Virus record (IMG/VR): IMGVR_UViG_3300028640_000004
Span: 1-64,000 of that record
Direction: 5' to 3' (one strand)
Source of the DNA: a virus
Lineage: Duplodnaviria; Caudoviricetes
Length of the DNA stretch: 64,000 nt
Shown here: piece after piece, positions 1 through 8,719 of the stretch
Layout of the letters: every line of letters begins with the position of its first letter
Position numbering within the stretch: the stretch's first letter is position 1
Made by a program: the position numbers and the translations under genes
The notes under the pieces: model-generated
The model's input: only the letters and a program-made list of their open reading frames with translations
What the model was told of the DNA's origin: nothing
The model's database searches: none

Positions 1-1
1 A

Positions 2-202
2 ATGGCTTACTATCCTTCATTCGTTACTGAAATAGATGAAGATAATATAAAAGATTCTATAGTATTAATAAATGAGAATTTTAATACTATAGATGATTTA
101 TATTGGTGTGCTGATATAAATCAACTTAACTATACTAAAGAAAATTCAATGAAGATTTCTAAAGATGATATGCTTGGTAAACTTGTCATATTATCATTAT
201 GA
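2..202 (+). CDS. Small hypothetical protein, paralogue family A (YW...IS[KR]xxML, ends VILSL)
   Basis: ORF; similar to 199..465; ATGA overlap with next gene. Confidence 0.7.
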   Translation: MAYYPSFVTEIDEDNIKDSIVLINENFNTIDDLYWCADINQLNYTKENSMKISKDDMLGKLVILSL

Positions 203-465
203 TATATTATTATAAATTAAAAAGTTATAAAGATTTTTTAGACTTTAAATACTTTCTTGGTATTTCATATAAGAATAAAAGTTATTTTGATAGAGTAACT
301 ATATCAGAAGCAATGGAACATATTATCGTTTTAGATACTAGCTTTAAAGATGTCTATGGTATTTATTGGAAACATATAAATAATCTTTTATTCTTAAAAG
401 AGCAAGGAGGTAAAGCTATATCAAAAGAAGAAATGCTTAACAAAGCATTATTATTAATTATATAA
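199..465 (+). CDS. Small hypothetical protein, paralogue family A (ends LLLII)
   Basis: IYWKHINNL...AISKEEML resembles LYWCADINQL...KISKDDML of the previous ORF. Confidence 0.75.
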   Translation: MIYYYKLKSYKDFLDFKYFLGISYKNKSYFDRVTISEAMEHIIVLDTSFKDVYGIYWKHINNLLFLKEQGGKAISKEEMLNKALLLII

Positions 466-481
466 ACGAAGATATCTTCGT
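466..481. repeat. Dispersed palindrome copy 1: ACGAAGATATCTTCGT
   Basis: Perfect 16-bp palindrome immediately after a TAA stop. Confidence 0.9.
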
Positions 482-491
482 GTATAAACAT

Positions 492-875
492 ATGAAAAAA
501 TTTAATAAGAAAGAAATAGAAGCAATAGAAGGTTTGATATGTATGCTTGATGAATTAGATAACAAACCTAGAAGATTATATGAAGCTCTCATAAAATTTG
601 CTTTTGTATTCTATAAAGATCGTGACAATCTACCAACTATAGTTAGGAATCTAGAAAGAGCTAAGGATGAATGGTATATCAATCATCAACTTAGTCAGCT
701 CTGTTATGATATTCCTCATACATGTAAGCAACAGATAGATGAATCGATTGAGAAGTATTATAAATCATCTATCAAACATAGTGAAGAATATGACAAAGCC
801 TTTGAAGATGGTGTGAATACAGGAGCTAAGAGTTTAGCTAAAGAGTTATTAGAGAAGCTAATAGAAACATACTAA
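492..875 (+). CDS. Hypothetical protein (likely ATG start at 492 rather than GTG 480)
   Basis: ORF track; the GTG at 480 lies inside the palindrome. Confidence 0.7.
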   Translation: MKKFNKKEIEAIEGLICMLDELDNKPRRLYEALIKFAFVFYKDRDNLPTIVRNLERAKDEWYINHQLSQLCYDIPHTCKQQIDESIEKYYKSSIKHSEEYDKAFEDGVNTGAKSLAKELLEKLIETY

Positions 876-876
876 G

Positions 877-1014
877 ATGACTAATAAATTATTGTTAATC
901 GTAAGCATATTCTTTATGCTTATCAATATTACTATTAGGAATGAAACATTTCATATAAACATAGCTTCTATCATAGGTTTCATACTGTTCATACTATGGG
1001 TAAATATACAATAG
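877..1014 (+). CDS. Small membrane protein (45 aa, two hydrophobic segments)
   Basis: Read from sequence: MTNKLLLIVSIFFMLINITIRNETFHINIASIIGFILFILWVNIQ; starts 1 nt after previous stop. Confidence 0.5.
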   Translation: MTNKLLLIVSIFFMLINITIRNETFHINIASIIGFILFILWVNIQ

Positions 1015-1123
1015 ATGAGTATTTACTTAACTCTGAAATAAAAACCTCTTAGAATTGATTTTGTGGCGTTTGGTAACGATTTAATAACTAAGATTAAACA
1101 TTATAAAAAAGGAATATAAAGAT

Positions 1124-1375
1124 ATGATCTATGTAACTAAGATAAAAGACGATAATAGAAAACAAGTTATTAAGATCTTATCTAGATATTATTCTACTAT
1201 TAGTTCTAGTGCTATTAGAAGTATAGTTAATCGTAATTGGTATATCTATTTTAGATATAAGAATAATAAGATTGTAATTGCTACTTGTGAATTTTTGAAA
1301 TGTCTAGAGAAAGGCGACTATAGACCGTTATGTTTTAAATCTTTTAAGACTAAACTATTCTTATGTGAAATTTAA
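1124..1375 (+). CDS. Small hypothetical protein (ends FLCEI)
   Basis: ORF track. Confidence 0.65.
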   Translation: MIYVTKIKDDNRKQVIKILSRYYSTISSSAIRSIVNRNWYIYFRYKNNKIVIATCEFLKCLEKGDYRPLCFKSFKTKLFLCEI

Positions 1376-1382
1376 CTTCGTT

Positions 1383-1412
1383 CCTCCTCCCCCCTCTTCG
1401 TGAGGGAGGAGG
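1383..1412 (+). repeat. GC-rich bulged hairpin, copy 1 (core CCTCCCCCCTC-N5-GAGGGAGG)
   Basis: Same core recurs at 4879-4902; no U-tract follows. Confidence 0.7.
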
Positions 1413-1506
1413 CTCTCCGTTAATTAAATTAATTAAAATAATATGAATGGTTTTGTAGAGTTTTTATTAGCGATAGCATTATTAAAATTTATAATCTTTC
1501 ATTAAT

Positions 1507-1764
1507 ATGTTGATAGATTGTCCACAGTGTGGCGAAACATGGGAAAGAAACGCCATAAGTTATTGTCCTTATTGTGATTATAATGTTAATTATTATACTT
1601 ATATAGATAAGAACAATAATATTGTAATAAAAAGATATGAGAGCTTGGATAAGGTCGATATTACAAATAATAAGTCTGATTGGTGGGAACCATTCTATGC
1701 AGATAGTTTTATACAAGCTGAAGTATTAGCTAGAAGGTTAGCACGAGATCATTATAATGGATGA
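1507..1764 (+). CDS. Small Zn-ribbon protein
   Basis: CPQC...CPYC. Confidence 0.7.
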   Translation: MLIDCPQCGETWERNAISYCPYCDYNVNYYTYIDKNNNIVIKRYESLDKVDITNNKSDWWEPFYADSFIQAEVLARRLARDHYNG

Positions 1765-2290
1765 TGAAATATATCAGAAATATTTAATAGACTTAAGGAA
1801 TCAAGATAAGAAATTTGTAGAAGAAATGGGTGTAGAAGGTATCGAAGTAAGAAGAACTTATTTATTAGATACATTAAAACACACAAGATATTTAGTTAAT
1901 AGAGCTTATCTTAATGATTCTGAATTAAGAAAGAACAATAAACCTTTCTGGTTTAGGGAAGCTATTCTAAGTTTAAGATGCGTAAGAGAGAACGAGGCCA
2001 TAATAAAGCAGCTCGAATTACAATTACGCAAATTAGATCTTAAGAAAGACATAGTATCTATAGATGTAAGGACTATAAAAGAAACTCTTGATATAAATAC
2101 AATCGTCAAATTAGACGCAAGAGGTTTCATTGCTTGTCCTTTCCATGTAGATAAGACTCCTTCAATGAAATGGAATGAGAAGAAGAAATACTTCCATTGC
2201 TTTTCTTGTGGTTGGCATGGAGATGTAATAGCTTTCTTAATGAAGAGAGATAACCTTACATTTAAAGAAGTAATTAATATACTTAAATGA
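1757..2290 (+). CDS. CHC2 zinc-finger protein (DnaG-type Zn-binding domain without TOPRIM)
   Basis: CPFHVDKTPS...FHCFSCGWHGDVIAF...LTFKEVI. Confidence 0.85.
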   Translation: MDDEIYQKYLIDLRNQDKKFVEEMGVEGIEVRRTYLLDTLKHTRYLVNRAYLNDSELRKNNKPFWFREAILSLRCVRENEAIIKQLELQLRKLDLKKDIVSIDVRTIKETLDINTIVKLDARGFIACPFHVDKTPSMKWNEKKKYFHCFSCGWHGDVIAFLMKRDNLTFKEVINILK

Positions 2291-2610
2291 AAGTAACAAA
2301 GATATATTCGTTGGAAGAATGGAAATTTAAAGGACAATATCGTGATGATATGTTTCAGATCAAGATAACTAAATACTCACAAGGAGTAAAAGTACTTAGA
2401 GCATTTCGTAAACATAGAGTAAGTTGTATTTATAATATTGGTGATATAAGATATTATCTAGATCGTTATAAAAAGATTTATATCGTATATAATCTCAATA
2501 AAGATGAACGAATAAATTTTGATACTTCAGAGGCAAGTAGAATTAAGGTTATCTCTATAGAGAGGTTTCTTGAAAACTTAGGAGCGTGGCAACTACTTAA
2601 AAAGTTATAA
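2287..2610 (+). CDS. Hypothetical protein (ends LLKKL)
   Basis: ORF track, ATGA overlap. Confidence 0.7.
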   Translation: MKVTKIYSLEEWKFKGQYRDDMFQIKITKYSQGVKVLRAFRKHRVSCIYNIGDIRYYLDRYKKIYIVYNLNKDERINFDTSEASRIKVISIERFLENLGAWQLLKKL

Positions 2611-2626
2611 TTAATTGTAGACTAAA

Positions 2627-3628
2627 ATGCATTCAATAACTGGTAGATTAATAAATAATGCAACAGATCGTAAGATAACCTTTACGAATTATAAAATCTC
2701 AGATGAAGAGTTTGAAGAAGAGAATTTCGTAAAGATTACAATAATGAAGAAGGCTATGGAGGAAAATAATATTCCTCCTGAATTTATTGTATTATTAGGT
2801 AGTCCTGATAACTGGAAGTTAGAAATAGATAAAGATGAATTTGACGAAACTGAATCTAAGGTAATCAAAGATAGTAAGGCTTTTGAAAAAATAGTATTAC
2901 CTGAAGGTTATGAAGAAAAGATTATCGAAACAATATCCCAGATTAAATATCACGATAAGTTATTTAAAGAGTGGGGATTTGGTGAGACAATCAAGAAGGG
3001 TAAAGGTGTTAATATATTATTTACTGGTAAGTCTGGTACAGGTAAGACTTATTGCGGTGAATTGATTGCAGAATATTTAGGTTACAAGTGTGAGTTAGTT
3101 AGTTCAGCCACATTAGAAAGTAAATATGTTGGCGAGTCAGAAAAGAATCTTAATAACTTACTTAATTCTAATAGAAGTAAAGTAGTTGTCATAGATGAAG
3201 CTGATAGTTTCTTAAATAGTAGAGCTGATTCTCGTAATCAAACACACGAGAATAAACTTACTAATCAATTTCTTATTGAATTAGAAAGACATAACGGTAT
3301 AGTTATTCTTACTACTAATAAAGGTATATCATTAGACAAAGCTGTAGCTAGAAGGATTGATCTTATCCTAGAGTTTCCAGATCCAGATGAACAAGGAAGA
3401 ATAAAGATATGGCAAAGACATATCCCTAAGAAATTTCCTTGTGAAAAAATAGATTGGAATAAGATAGGAAAGTTCGAGATTAATGGTGGAAGAATAAAGA
3501 ATATTATTCTTTCAGCAGCTAGAAAAATGATAGCTAGAAATATAAAGAAACTTAATGAGAAGCTTCTGGTTGAATGTATTAATGATGACATTGATTCAGA
3601 AGATGCTCTTAAAAAAACATTTGCATGA
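2627..3628 (+). CDS. AAA+ ATPase (classical AAA clade)
   Basis: Walker A GKSGTGKT, SKYVGESEKN pore loop, Walker B VVIDEAD, SRH TTN...LDKAVARRI. Confidence 0.9.
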   Translation: MHSITGRLINNATDRKITFTNYKISDEEFEEENFVKITIMKKAMEENNIPPEFIVLLGSPDNWKLEIDKDEFDETESKVIKDSKAFEKIVLPEGYEEKIIETISQIKYHDKLFKEWGFGETIKKGKGVNILFTGKSGTGKTYCGELIAEYLGYKCELVSSATLESKYVGESEKNLNNLLNSNRSKVVVIDEADSFLNSRADSRNQTHENKLTNQFLIELERHNGIVILTTNKGISLDKAVARRIDLILEFPDPDEQGRIKIWQRHIPKKFPCEKIDWNKIGKFEINGGRIKNIILSAARKMIARNIKKLNEKLLVECINDDIDSEDALKKTFA

Positions 3629-3786
3629 CAGAACATGAAGTAAAAGTAATCATTGCTATGGAACAATATGGTGGAAGTTTTGTCAAAGCTTTAGCCTTAT
3701 GTTTTTATAGAGCAGATGAAAATAATTTTAAGAAACTTAAAGATGCATTCCCTGAATATTGGAAACAATATGAAGGTATGTTATAA
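3625..3786 (+). CDS. Small phage protein (53 aa, YGGSFVKALA...AD..N...L..AFPEYW)
   Basis: Read from sequence; ATGA overlap with the AAA gene; motif recalled from other phage small proteins. Confidence 0.65.
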   Translation: MTEHEVKVIIAMEQYGGSFVKALALCFYRADENNFKKLKDAFPEYWKQYEGML

Positions 3787-3793
3787 TTAATTT

Positions 3794-4162
3794 ATGGATT
3801 TCAGATTCTTAACACCCGATGAAATCAAACAACAAAGGGTTAACATAGATAAATGTATTAAAGATTTAGAACCTTTTGTTTGGCGTGAAGGTCTTGATGA
3901 TCCTGGTGATAGTAACTGTTATCTTGCTAGAGTTGAAGTGGTTGAAGCTCTATCAAGTTTAAGAAATGCTAAGCTATGGTTACAAGAAGCATTAACGCGT
4001 ATAGGTCAACATCTCCCAGATGAATATAGAGATGAGTACAAACCTACACAAGAAGAAGTAAAGGAATTATTAACGGTTAAGGAAGATAAACAGTTAGATT
4101 TAATAGATGCCATTAAAAATAAAGGTGGTATCAATTTTAAAAAAACATATGACAAAAATTAA
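3794..4162 (+). CDS. Helical-hairpin protein, possibly Acb2/Tad1-like
   Basis: EALSSLRNAKLWLQEAL pattern resembles the 'AxTxLxxAxMWL' hairpin families; weak. Confidence 0.55.
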   Translation: MDFRFLTPDEIKQQRVNIDKCIKDLEPFVWREGLDDPGDSNCYLARVEVVEALSSLRNAKLWLQEALTRIGQHLPDEYRDEYKPTQEEVKELLTVKEDKQLDLIDAIKNKGGINFKKTYDKN

Positions 4163-4511
4163 ATTAGGACAAGAAGTATTCATTGTAGATTTTAACAGAT
4201 TAAGTAAAGAAAGTGAAAAGGCTAAAGTAAAAGATATCATAAATAAGGGATATGTTGCCGGTATTACTACATTAGTAACTTCTATTAAAGATTTTGAAGG
4301 TGAGGTTACAGGCAAGATCTTTAAGCAAGCAAAGAATGGAGTAGAAAATGCTAAGAAAGAATCTTATTATGTAGTTACAGAAAAGAAGTATATGACTAAG
4401 GTAGACTCTGATGAAATTTTTTTATCGGAGTCTGATGCTAAGAAGTATGTAGTGCAAAACAATAAGAAAATCCTTAATGCGGTAGAGAAAATTATTAAAA
4501 ATTTTAAGTAA
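4149..4511 (+). CDS. Hypothetical protein (likely start MTKIKLGQ at 4149)
   Basis: ORF track 4107..4511; downstream ATG fits gene packing. Confidence 0.65.
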   Translation: MTKIKLGQEVFIVDFNRLSKESEKAKVKDIINKGYVAGITTLVTSIKDFEGEVTGKIFKQAKNGVENAKKESYYVVTEKKYMTKVDSDEIFLSESDAKKYVVQNNKKILNAVEKIIKNFK

Positions 4512-4518
4512 TATATAA

Positions 4519-4716
4519 ATGACAAAACAAGTATATGTAGTGTATCCATTAGAGGCAGCGATGAATGGATATGAAAACTATTCTAGTATCAAAGAGTTTG
4601 ATAATAAGTTCAAGGCTATTGAGTTTGCTTCAAAGAGAAAGAACTGTTGCATATATAAGTTTTTCATTAACAGGAATGTGTTACAAGAAGCTGATCTTAT
4701 TCTAGAATATGAATAG
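4519..4716 (+). CDS. Hypothetical protein
   Basis: ORF track. Confidence 0.6.
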   Translation: MTKQVYVVYPLEAAMNGYENYSSIKEFDNKFKAIEFASKRKNCCIYKFFINRNVLQEADLILEYE

Positions 4717-4912
4717 TCTACAGATTAAGACTGAAGATATTACTTATACGCTTACACAAGATAAGGATAAGTATGTCCTTAAGAAGAATAATGAGGAAAG
4801 TATCGTTGAAATATCTGAAGTCTTTGATCTTATGAATAAGATAGAAGAAGAAACTGGTAAGAAGTTTTCTATTGTCTCCCTCCCCCCTCTTTCCGAGGGA
4901 GGTCGACAATAA
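4709..4912 (+). CDS. Hypothetical protein
   Basis: ORF track; 3' end overlaps hairpin copy 2. Confidence 0.55.
   Translation: MNSLQIKTEDITYTLTQDKDKYVLKKNNEESIVEISEVFDLMNKIEEETGKKFSIVSLPPLSEGGRQ
4871..4910 (+). repeat. GC-rich bulged hairpin, copy 2 (ATTGTC..CCTCCCCCCTC-TTTCC-GAGGGAGG..GACAAT)
   Basis: Core identical to 1386-1409, extended by an ATTGTC/GACAAT outer stem. Confidence 0.7.
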
Positions 4913-4921
4913 ATAATCAAT

Positions 4922-5004
4922 TATCAGGGGGACCTTATGAGAGTAGACAATGGTTTGGTTGGCTTAGGCGAGTCAATCCTCATCGAGTAAGTAGCCCCCT
5001 GATA
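4922..5004 (+). ncRNA. Structured intergenic RNA (83-nt bulged rod)
   Basis: TATCAGGGGG/CCCCCTGATA closing stem; CTTA/TAAG, TGAG/CTCA and GGTTGGCTT/GAGTCAATC inner stems. Confidence 0.55.
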
Positions 5005-5024
5005 CTAAAATGTAATATTAAATA

Positions 5025-5273
5025 ATGACAAGAGAAGAATTAGATAAAGCTATCAGAGATTTAACAGAAGAAGATTTTCAAAAGATGGCTGAAAGAATCA
5101 AGGGAATGAAAGACGATTACAGAGAAGTGTTATCTCGTATGGGTCTTACTTATATAGCTAAGATAGCTCAAGAGCCACATGAAGAAGCTGTTAAGATTCA
5201 TTATATAATATCATTATTGGTATTAGAGAAGGTAGGATTAATTAATTTCAATGTAGATATAGACTGGAAATAG
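5025..5273 (+). CDS. Hypothetical protein
   Basis: ORF track. Confidence 0.65.
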   Translation: MTREELDKAIRDLTEEDFQKMAERIKGMKDDYREVLSRMGLTYIAKIAQEPHEEAVKIHYIISLLVLEKVGLINFNVDIDWK

Positions 5274-5274
5274 T

Positions 5275-5529
5275 ATGTTATATCGTATTAGTAAGATAGA
5301 TCTCTTTGAATTGTTAGACAATCTTCTTGCTAAAAAATTACCTGCATCAATACATGGTCGATGTAAATTAATTCATAGTAAGATAAGTGAGAGTGAAAGA
5401 GATAGTTTTAATATTTCACTTTCAACAAATTATGAAGGGTATCTAGATATAAGATTACATTCTCTTAGTAAAATATATTATTATGATTGGCCTGGTTATG
5501 AACAAGCTATGTTAATACATGACTTATAA
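5275..5529 (+). CDS. Paralogue family B member 1 (YRISKID...YDWPGY...LIHDL)
   Basis: Protein and DNA similarity to 5519..5782. Confidence 0.75.
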   Translation: MLYRISKIDLFELLDNLLAKKLPASIHGRCKLIHSKISESERDSFNISLSTNYEGYLDIRLHSLSKIYYYDWPGYEQAMLIHDL

Positions 5530-5782
5530 GATATCACGAGAAGATCTTATCTTCATGCTAAAGAAAGAAATAAAAAAAGGTAGATTGTTTAAAGGTAATA
5601 GATTTTATAACTTACTACCTAAAGATATACTTAGGATAGTTAATACTCCTAGATATATCAATGTAAATTATTTCTTTGTATCTATAGTTGAAGATAAAGT
5701 TAGAGTAAGTGAAGTAGAATCTATTATGAAATATTATGAATGGCCTGGTTATAAACAGGTTGTTTTGTTCAATGAACTTTAG
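5519..5782 (+). CDS. Paralogue family B member 2 (YKISRED...YEWPGY...LFNEL)
   Basis: Protein and DNA similarity to 5275..5529. Confidence 0.75.
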   Translation: MTYKISREDLIFMLKKEIKKGRLFKGNRFYNLLPKDILRIVNTPRYINVNYFFVSIVEDKVRVSEVESIMKYYEWPGYKQVVLFNEL

Positions 5783-6032
5783 AATATCTAATGCAGATTT
5801 CAATATAGTTTCTCATAGAATGAGTACCACTGTTTTTAACAGTATTCAAAAAAGAAACACTCCACAAGCTTTACTTAAGGTAATAGATATATGGCAGAAA
5901 AGAAATTTAGATTCATATACTATCAAGGTATATAAAGATAGTATATATGGATATCTTTATATACCGATAAAACAAGATGAAAGTTTACCTATAGTAGACT
6001 TAGGTGTATTGAATCTGATGTACGAATTATAG
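5772..6032 (+). CDS. Paralogue family B member 3 (FRISNAD...LMYEL); start likely 5772
   Basis: Same N-terminal pattern and same 11-nt overlap with upstream gene as member 2. Confidence 0.7.
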   Translation: MNFRISNADFNIVSHRMSTTVFNSIQKRNTPQALLKVIDIWQKRNLDSYTIKVYKDSIYGYLYIPIKQDESLPIVDLGVLNLMYEL

Positions 6033-6033
6033 T

Positions 6034-6369
6034 ATGGACAGGTTAGAAAAATATTTAGATAAGTTCCTTAATTATAGTGAACTTACTACAGAAATATTAT
6101 TTAGTTCTAATAAGAATGAAATATTATTCTTGATAGAACGATTAATAAAGAATAACGAAGTAAATAACATTACATTTTGTGAGAGAAAAAAGTATAAAGG
6201 ACTTGTTGGTAGTTCATTAAAAACATTTTGGATAGAATTCAATGTGTTATGTCCTAATTGTAAATACAGTCAAGAAATAGTGATGCCACTATCGTCATAT
6301 AAGTATGATGTATATACTTTCAAACATGAAAAATGTAATGCATGTAATAAATTAATTAAATTAAAATGA
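6034..6369 (+). CDS. Zn-ribbon protein
   Basis: CPNC...CNAC. Confidence 0.7.
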   Translation: MDRLEKYLDKFLNYSELTTEILFSSNKNEILFLIERLIKNNEVNNITFCERKKYKGLVGSSLKTFWIEFNVLCPNCKYSQEIVMPLSSYKYDVYTFKHEKCNACNKLIKLK

Positions 6370-7565
6370 GTAACGATACAATCAAATTAAATACTGTTAA
6401 CCTAACAACACTTAAGAAGATGATGGAAGTTTTCCATGATAACAGAGAGTCTTTATATCTATGGGGTAAGCCTAGTACTGCTAAGTCTAGTATCATTAGA
6501 CAGTTTGCTAAGAAGAAAGCTGAAGAATTAGGATTGAAATATTCAGAAGATGTATTCGGTCCTGGATATTTTACTTGTAGAATCATTACTCTTAGTCAGA
6601 TGGATAGTCCAGATTTAAGAGGTATGCCTGTTATATCTGTTGTTGGTGAACATGAAGTAACTAGATTTATACCAACAGAAGAATTGCCTAGGATTGAAGG
6701 TGCTAGAGGAATCTTATTCTTTGATGAACTGAACAATGGTGATGAGACAACTATTAAAGCTGCTTATCAAATTATTCTTGAAGGTGCTTATGGTAACTTA
6801 GCTTGTCTAAAGATTACAGATCCTAATGATCCTGACTTTGGTAAGGATGCTTTTTGGAGAGTAGCTGCAAGTAATACAGAAGATGATTACTGCAACACTA
6901 CTCCATTACCATTGGCATTACTTAGAAGATTCAGTCATGTAGAAGTATCACCATCATCTGATGAGATACTTAATTACTTCATTCAGACTGGACAAGATTC
7001 AAGAGTGATTGCTTATTTATCAGAACATACTACTGATTTCTTTCCATCAAAGTGGGGCGATCATCTATTGGTTGCTAAAGCAAATCCATTTCCATCACAA
7101 TGGGAAAGAGTTAGTAAGCTTATAAGTAAATTAAGCAACTCTGATAGTGACATATCTTTAATTGGTAATATAGTTACTAGTTGTGTCGGTGCTGGAATAA
7201 GTGGAAGTTTCGTAGCTTTTGTTAAGACAACTGGAAAGATTAATTGGAATATGATTTATACAGATACTAAGAAAGCTTTTCAATTGATCAATGGAGATAA
7301 GGATAGACTTAGTCTTACTTATGCAATTACTACTGAGATTACTATGAGATGGAAGAATAAGCATAAGTATACTATTGGTAAAAAATCTTATATGATTGAT
7401 GACAAATTAGTAGTAGATGTTATTAATGAATTATCACCTGAGATGAAGATTGCATTCTTAAGAATGTTAAAGACTTCAGATGAAAGAAAGTTTATGACAT
7501 CATTAAGCAATAGTAAAGAAGTTCAAGAAAGCTTAAGAGACTTATTAAAAATAATTAATCAATAA
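6366..7565 (+). CDS. MoxR-like AAA+ ATPase
   Basis: WGKPSTAKS Walker A variant, DLRGMP, ILFFDELN Walker B, VAASN, ALLRRF; adjacent to a VWA gene. Confidence 0.88.
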   Translation: MSNDTIKLNTVNLTTLKKMMEVFHDNRESLYLWGKPSTAKSSIIRQFAKKKAEELGLKYSEDVFGPGYFTCRIITLSQMDSPDLRGMPVISVVGEHEVTRFIPTEELPRIEGARGILFFDELNNGDETTIKAAYQIILEGAYGNLACLKITDPNDPDFGKDAFWRVAASNTEDDYCNTTPLPLALLRRFSHVEVSPSSDEILNYFIQTGQDSRVIAYLSEHTTDFFPSKWGDHLLVAKANPFPSQWERVSKLISKLSNSDSDISLIGNIVTSCVGAGISGSFVAFVKTTGKINWNMIYTDTKKAFQLINGDKDRLSLTYAITTEITMRWKNKHKYTIGKKSYMIDDKLVVDVINELSPEMKIAFLRMLKTSDERKFMTSLSNSKEVQESLRDLLKIINQ

Positions 7566-7566
7566 G

Positions 7567-8718
7567 ATGACACTACAAGAACGACTAACAAAAATCAAAA
7601 CTATACTGATGTTAAGGCAGCCATGGTTTGGACAGTTAGCTTCTTATCTCACATTCTCTGAATTGCCAGAAGATGAACCGATGCAGACTATGGCTGTAGA
7701 TATTAAAGGTAATATCTATTTCAGCAAGAAGTTTGTTGATGGACTTACAGACGAAGAATTAGGTGGTGTCATATGCCATGAGATTCTTCATCTAGCTTTT
7801 CAACATCTTACTAGGTTAGGATTTAAACATCCTAAGCTATTTAATATAGCTAGTGATTTGAAGATTAATGAAGAGATTATCTTCAACCAACAAGGGTTTA
7901 AATTACCTAAACAATGTTGTGTGGCTTATGGTAATAAGTTTAACTTTGGTAAAGCTGTTATTAATAATATAGATATGAAGACTTCTGAAGAGATCTATAA
8001 GGAGTTGCTTCAAAAGAACTTATCTGAAGAAGAGATAAATGCAATTGGATTAGATACATTTATTCCAATGCAAGGAAGTAATCCGAGCGATATTAATGCT
8101 GCTACTGATTGGGCTGAAAGAGTTAATGTTGCTAATGAGACATGTAAGAATCAAGGAAAATTACCAGCAGGAATTCTTAGAGAACTAAGTGAGTTAGCAA
8201 CACCACAACTTACATGGAATCAAATTATTACACAAAGACTTAAGTTAATTTCTACTAATAAGTCATGGAAGAAACCATGTAAGAGAATGTTGCCTTATTA
8301 CTTTGCCAGTAAGAATAAAGTAAGAGGTTTGACATGTGCTATATGTATAGATACTTCAGGCAGTATGAGTGATGATGACCTCAAACAAACATTGGGTGAG
8401 ATATGGGGATTAAGTCAGCAATTCAAATCTATCAAGATGTATATCATGTGTTGTGATACTAGTCTTACTGAACCATTTGTGATTGATACTAGGACTAAGA
8501 ATAAGTTAATGGGAATAAAACTTAAAGGTGGTGGAGGAACATCATTCAAACCTGTCTTTAATTGGATAGAAAAGAATAATATAAGACTTGATTGTTTGAT
8601 TTACTTCACTGATTTATATGGTGATTTTCCAGATAAGAAGCCTATGTATCCTACTTATTGGATCACCAGTACTAAGGATGTTAATATTCCATTCGGAAGA
8701 TTAGTTAATATGAAATAA
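7567..8718 (+). CDS. HEXXH metallopeptidase-like + VWA domain protein (DUF2201-like)
   Basis: CHEILHLAFQHLTR, FNIASDLKIN; MIDAS IDTSGSMS, GGGGTSFKPVF, IYFTDLYG. Confidence 0.9.
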   Translation: MTLQERLTKIKTILMLRQPWFGQLASYLTFSELPEDEPMQTMAVDIKGNIYFSKKFVDGLTDEELGGVICHEILHLAFQHLTRLGFKHPKLFNIASDLKINEEIIFNQQGFKLPKQCCVAYGNKFNFGKAVINNIDMKTSEEIYKELLQKNLSEEEINAIGLDTFIPMQGSNPSDINAATDWAERVNVANETCKNQGKLPAGILRELSELATPQLTWNQIITQRLKLISTNKSWKKPCKRMLPYYFASKNKVRGLTCAICIDTSGSMSDDDLKQTLGEIWGLSQQFKSIKMYIMCCDTSLTEPFVIDTRTKNKLMGIKLKGGGGTSFKPVFNWIEKNNIRLDCLIYFTDLYGDFPDKKPMYPTYWITSTKDVNIPFGRLVNMK

Positions 8719-8719
8719 T

